A stretch of 63,430 nucleotides of DNA, the filler included, from Sphacelaria rigidula (taxonomy: Eukaryota): assembly GCA_964200075.2 (NCBI GenBank). It is 4 parts of 4 records of this genome, joined end to end, with 100 filler letters (N's around TTAATTAATTAA, not from the genome) between each part and the next. Parts side by side here need not be neighbours in the genome. Positions count along the whole stretch, not along the records: positions 47,649 to 63,430 come from CAXNAA020001597.1; 3 more parts are not named here. One strand, given 5' to 3'. Positions within the stretch are counted from its first letter, which is position 1; each line of letters begins with the position of its first letter. Below are positions 61,925 to 63,430 of this stretch, in pieces. The notes under the pieces are model-generated. The model was not told where the DNA came from, ran no database searches, and saw only the letters and a list, made by a program, of their open reading frames with translations. The position numbers and the translations under genes are program-made.

Positions 61925-63400
61925 CGTGTTTGCCATACGAGTACGTGAGCTATGAACCTGTACCTCATCAGCTCATATTCGCCCTGGGTGAACTGTGAGG
62001 GCTGTATGAGCGACGCACGGCTGTCCTGGATGAGCCATGAGAGCTACGTGAGCTACGCATGTGTACCCTCGATGAGCTGTGAGAGTTAGGTGAGCTACGC
62101 ATAATTGCCCTGGGTGAGCTACCGGACGTAGCTCATCCACGCATGTTTGCCCTGGTTGAACTCAAAAGTTACGGGAGCTACGCCGATTTTCGAGTTGTGT
62201 CTGTTCCGATGCTCATGCACCTTAATACGTGAAAACGGTCACATGTGTACACAACTTTGTTCTGTTTTGTGCAGTGACGGGTTTGCCGTTTGTAAACATC
62301 AACAATGACCGCATCAGAAGCCATCCCAATCGTAGCCACCATACACACACACACACACACGAGCACACGACCCGCCCTACATGGCGACCGCCGGGGGGCA
62401 GCAGCTCTAGCGGCGCTTCAGTCGGAAATGATTCCGCGTGGATCTGGATCCTCCGCAACAGGCGATCGATGTGGAGGAAGAAGTGAACACACATACGATA
62501 TATGATTCCTTAACCCTTTGACCGCGAGGGTGGGCGATCAGTTGAATCGGCATCACTCACACCCAAAAAATACTCCGAGAGTATGAAATATACTTCATAC
62601 GTCACCTACCCTCGCGGTCAAAGGGTTAACCCTTCCGACGGCGAGCATAGGGCATCTGTTGAATCGGCTTCAACTTCACCTGAAAAAAGAATGCATGATC
62701 AGATAGACTCGTACCCCAGCGGCCAAGCGGTCAAAAACAATGGATTCGTCGATTTCGAAGAACGCCGACTCTCAGTAATGCTTTGAACCATTCGACCATG
62801 CGAACGAGGATTCGTGTTGAGCTCTTTTCTCCCCACCGCGAAAAGCGAGGCAGAGAATCACAACCTGATGGTATGTTACGCCGTCCATTCGAACAAGAAT
62901 GTAATATCATGAGCGACACCGGGTTAGCTAGGCACATGACGTGAGTGAGCTACGAGCATTTCTTCCCGGGGTGAGCTACCGGGCGTATCTCATCCACTCA
63001 TGTTTTTCCCTGGGTGAGCGATAAGAGCTGCGCGAGCTACACATGTTTGCCTTGGGTGAGCTATCGAGTGTAGCTTATCCATGTACGTTATTCCCAAGTG
63101 AGCTATGAGAGCTGCGTGAGCTACACATGATTTTCCTGGTTGAGCTATGTGAGCTGCATGAGATACGCACGTTTGCCCCGAGTGAGCTACCAACTCGTAC
63201 CTCATCAGCTCATATTCGCCCTGAGTGAGCTATGAGAGCTACATGAGCTACGCATGTTTGCCCTGGGCAGCTACCAACCCGTAGCTCATCAGCTCATATT
63301 CGCCCTGGAGCTCATCAGCTCATATTCGCCCTGGGTGAGCTATGAGAGCTGCATGAGCTACGCACGTTTGCCCTAGGTGAGCTACCAACCCGTATCTCTT
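61925..63400. repeat. Two arrays (~61925-62180, ~62940-63400) of a 42-bp TGAGCTA-rich repeat
   Basis: Unit tgggtgagctatgagagctgcatgagctacgcacgtttgccc with alternating variants. Confidence 0.8.
62514..62625. mobile_element. 112-bp piggyBac-type MITE
   Basis: TTAA|ccctttgaccgcgagggt...accctcgcggtcaaaggg|TTAA; a related end occurs at ~41723. Confidence 0.85.
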
Positions 63401-63430
63401 CCAAGGATTCTTGTACTGTGGGTGCTGTGC

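Overview
Eukaryotic nuclear DNA, not prokaryotic. Intron-rich genes, TTAGGG repeats and the repeat landscape suggest a brown alga or related stramenopile (inference). The window is four unrelated contigs (1-15783, 15884-31666, 31767-47548, 47649-63430; lengths 15783/15783/15782/15782) joined by artificial 100-nt N44-TTAATTAATTAA-N44 spacers, so adjacency across them is meaningless. Most of the supplied ORFs are noise; the real genes are spliced and I rebuilt them by hand using splice sites and codon phase. Contig 1: partial sulfotransferase-like gene (+), a decayed LINE and several MITEs. Contig 2: decayed Ty1/copia element, a 2.2-kb exon of a giant DUF3638-type protein (-), a pogo-like remnant with a PCNA-binding PIP box, and a Ginger-like MITE carrying telomeric repeats. 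Contig 3: 7 exons of an EDR2 C-terminal (DUF1336) gene (+), tRNA-derived SINEs, an RTE-like LINE tail, and a non-autonomous DNA transposon family with 8-bp TSDs and 42-bp palindromic repeats. Contig 4: about 11 exons of an SZT2 (KICSTOR) homologue (-), an intronic LINE tail, a 112-bp piggyBac-type MITE and 42-bp repeat arrays. I found no CRISPR array, rRNA or true tRNA and no clear new multi-gene system. The best candidates for novelty are the transposon families, the DUF3638-type exon and the SZT2 homologue. Family assignments rest on remembered motifs, not database searches.
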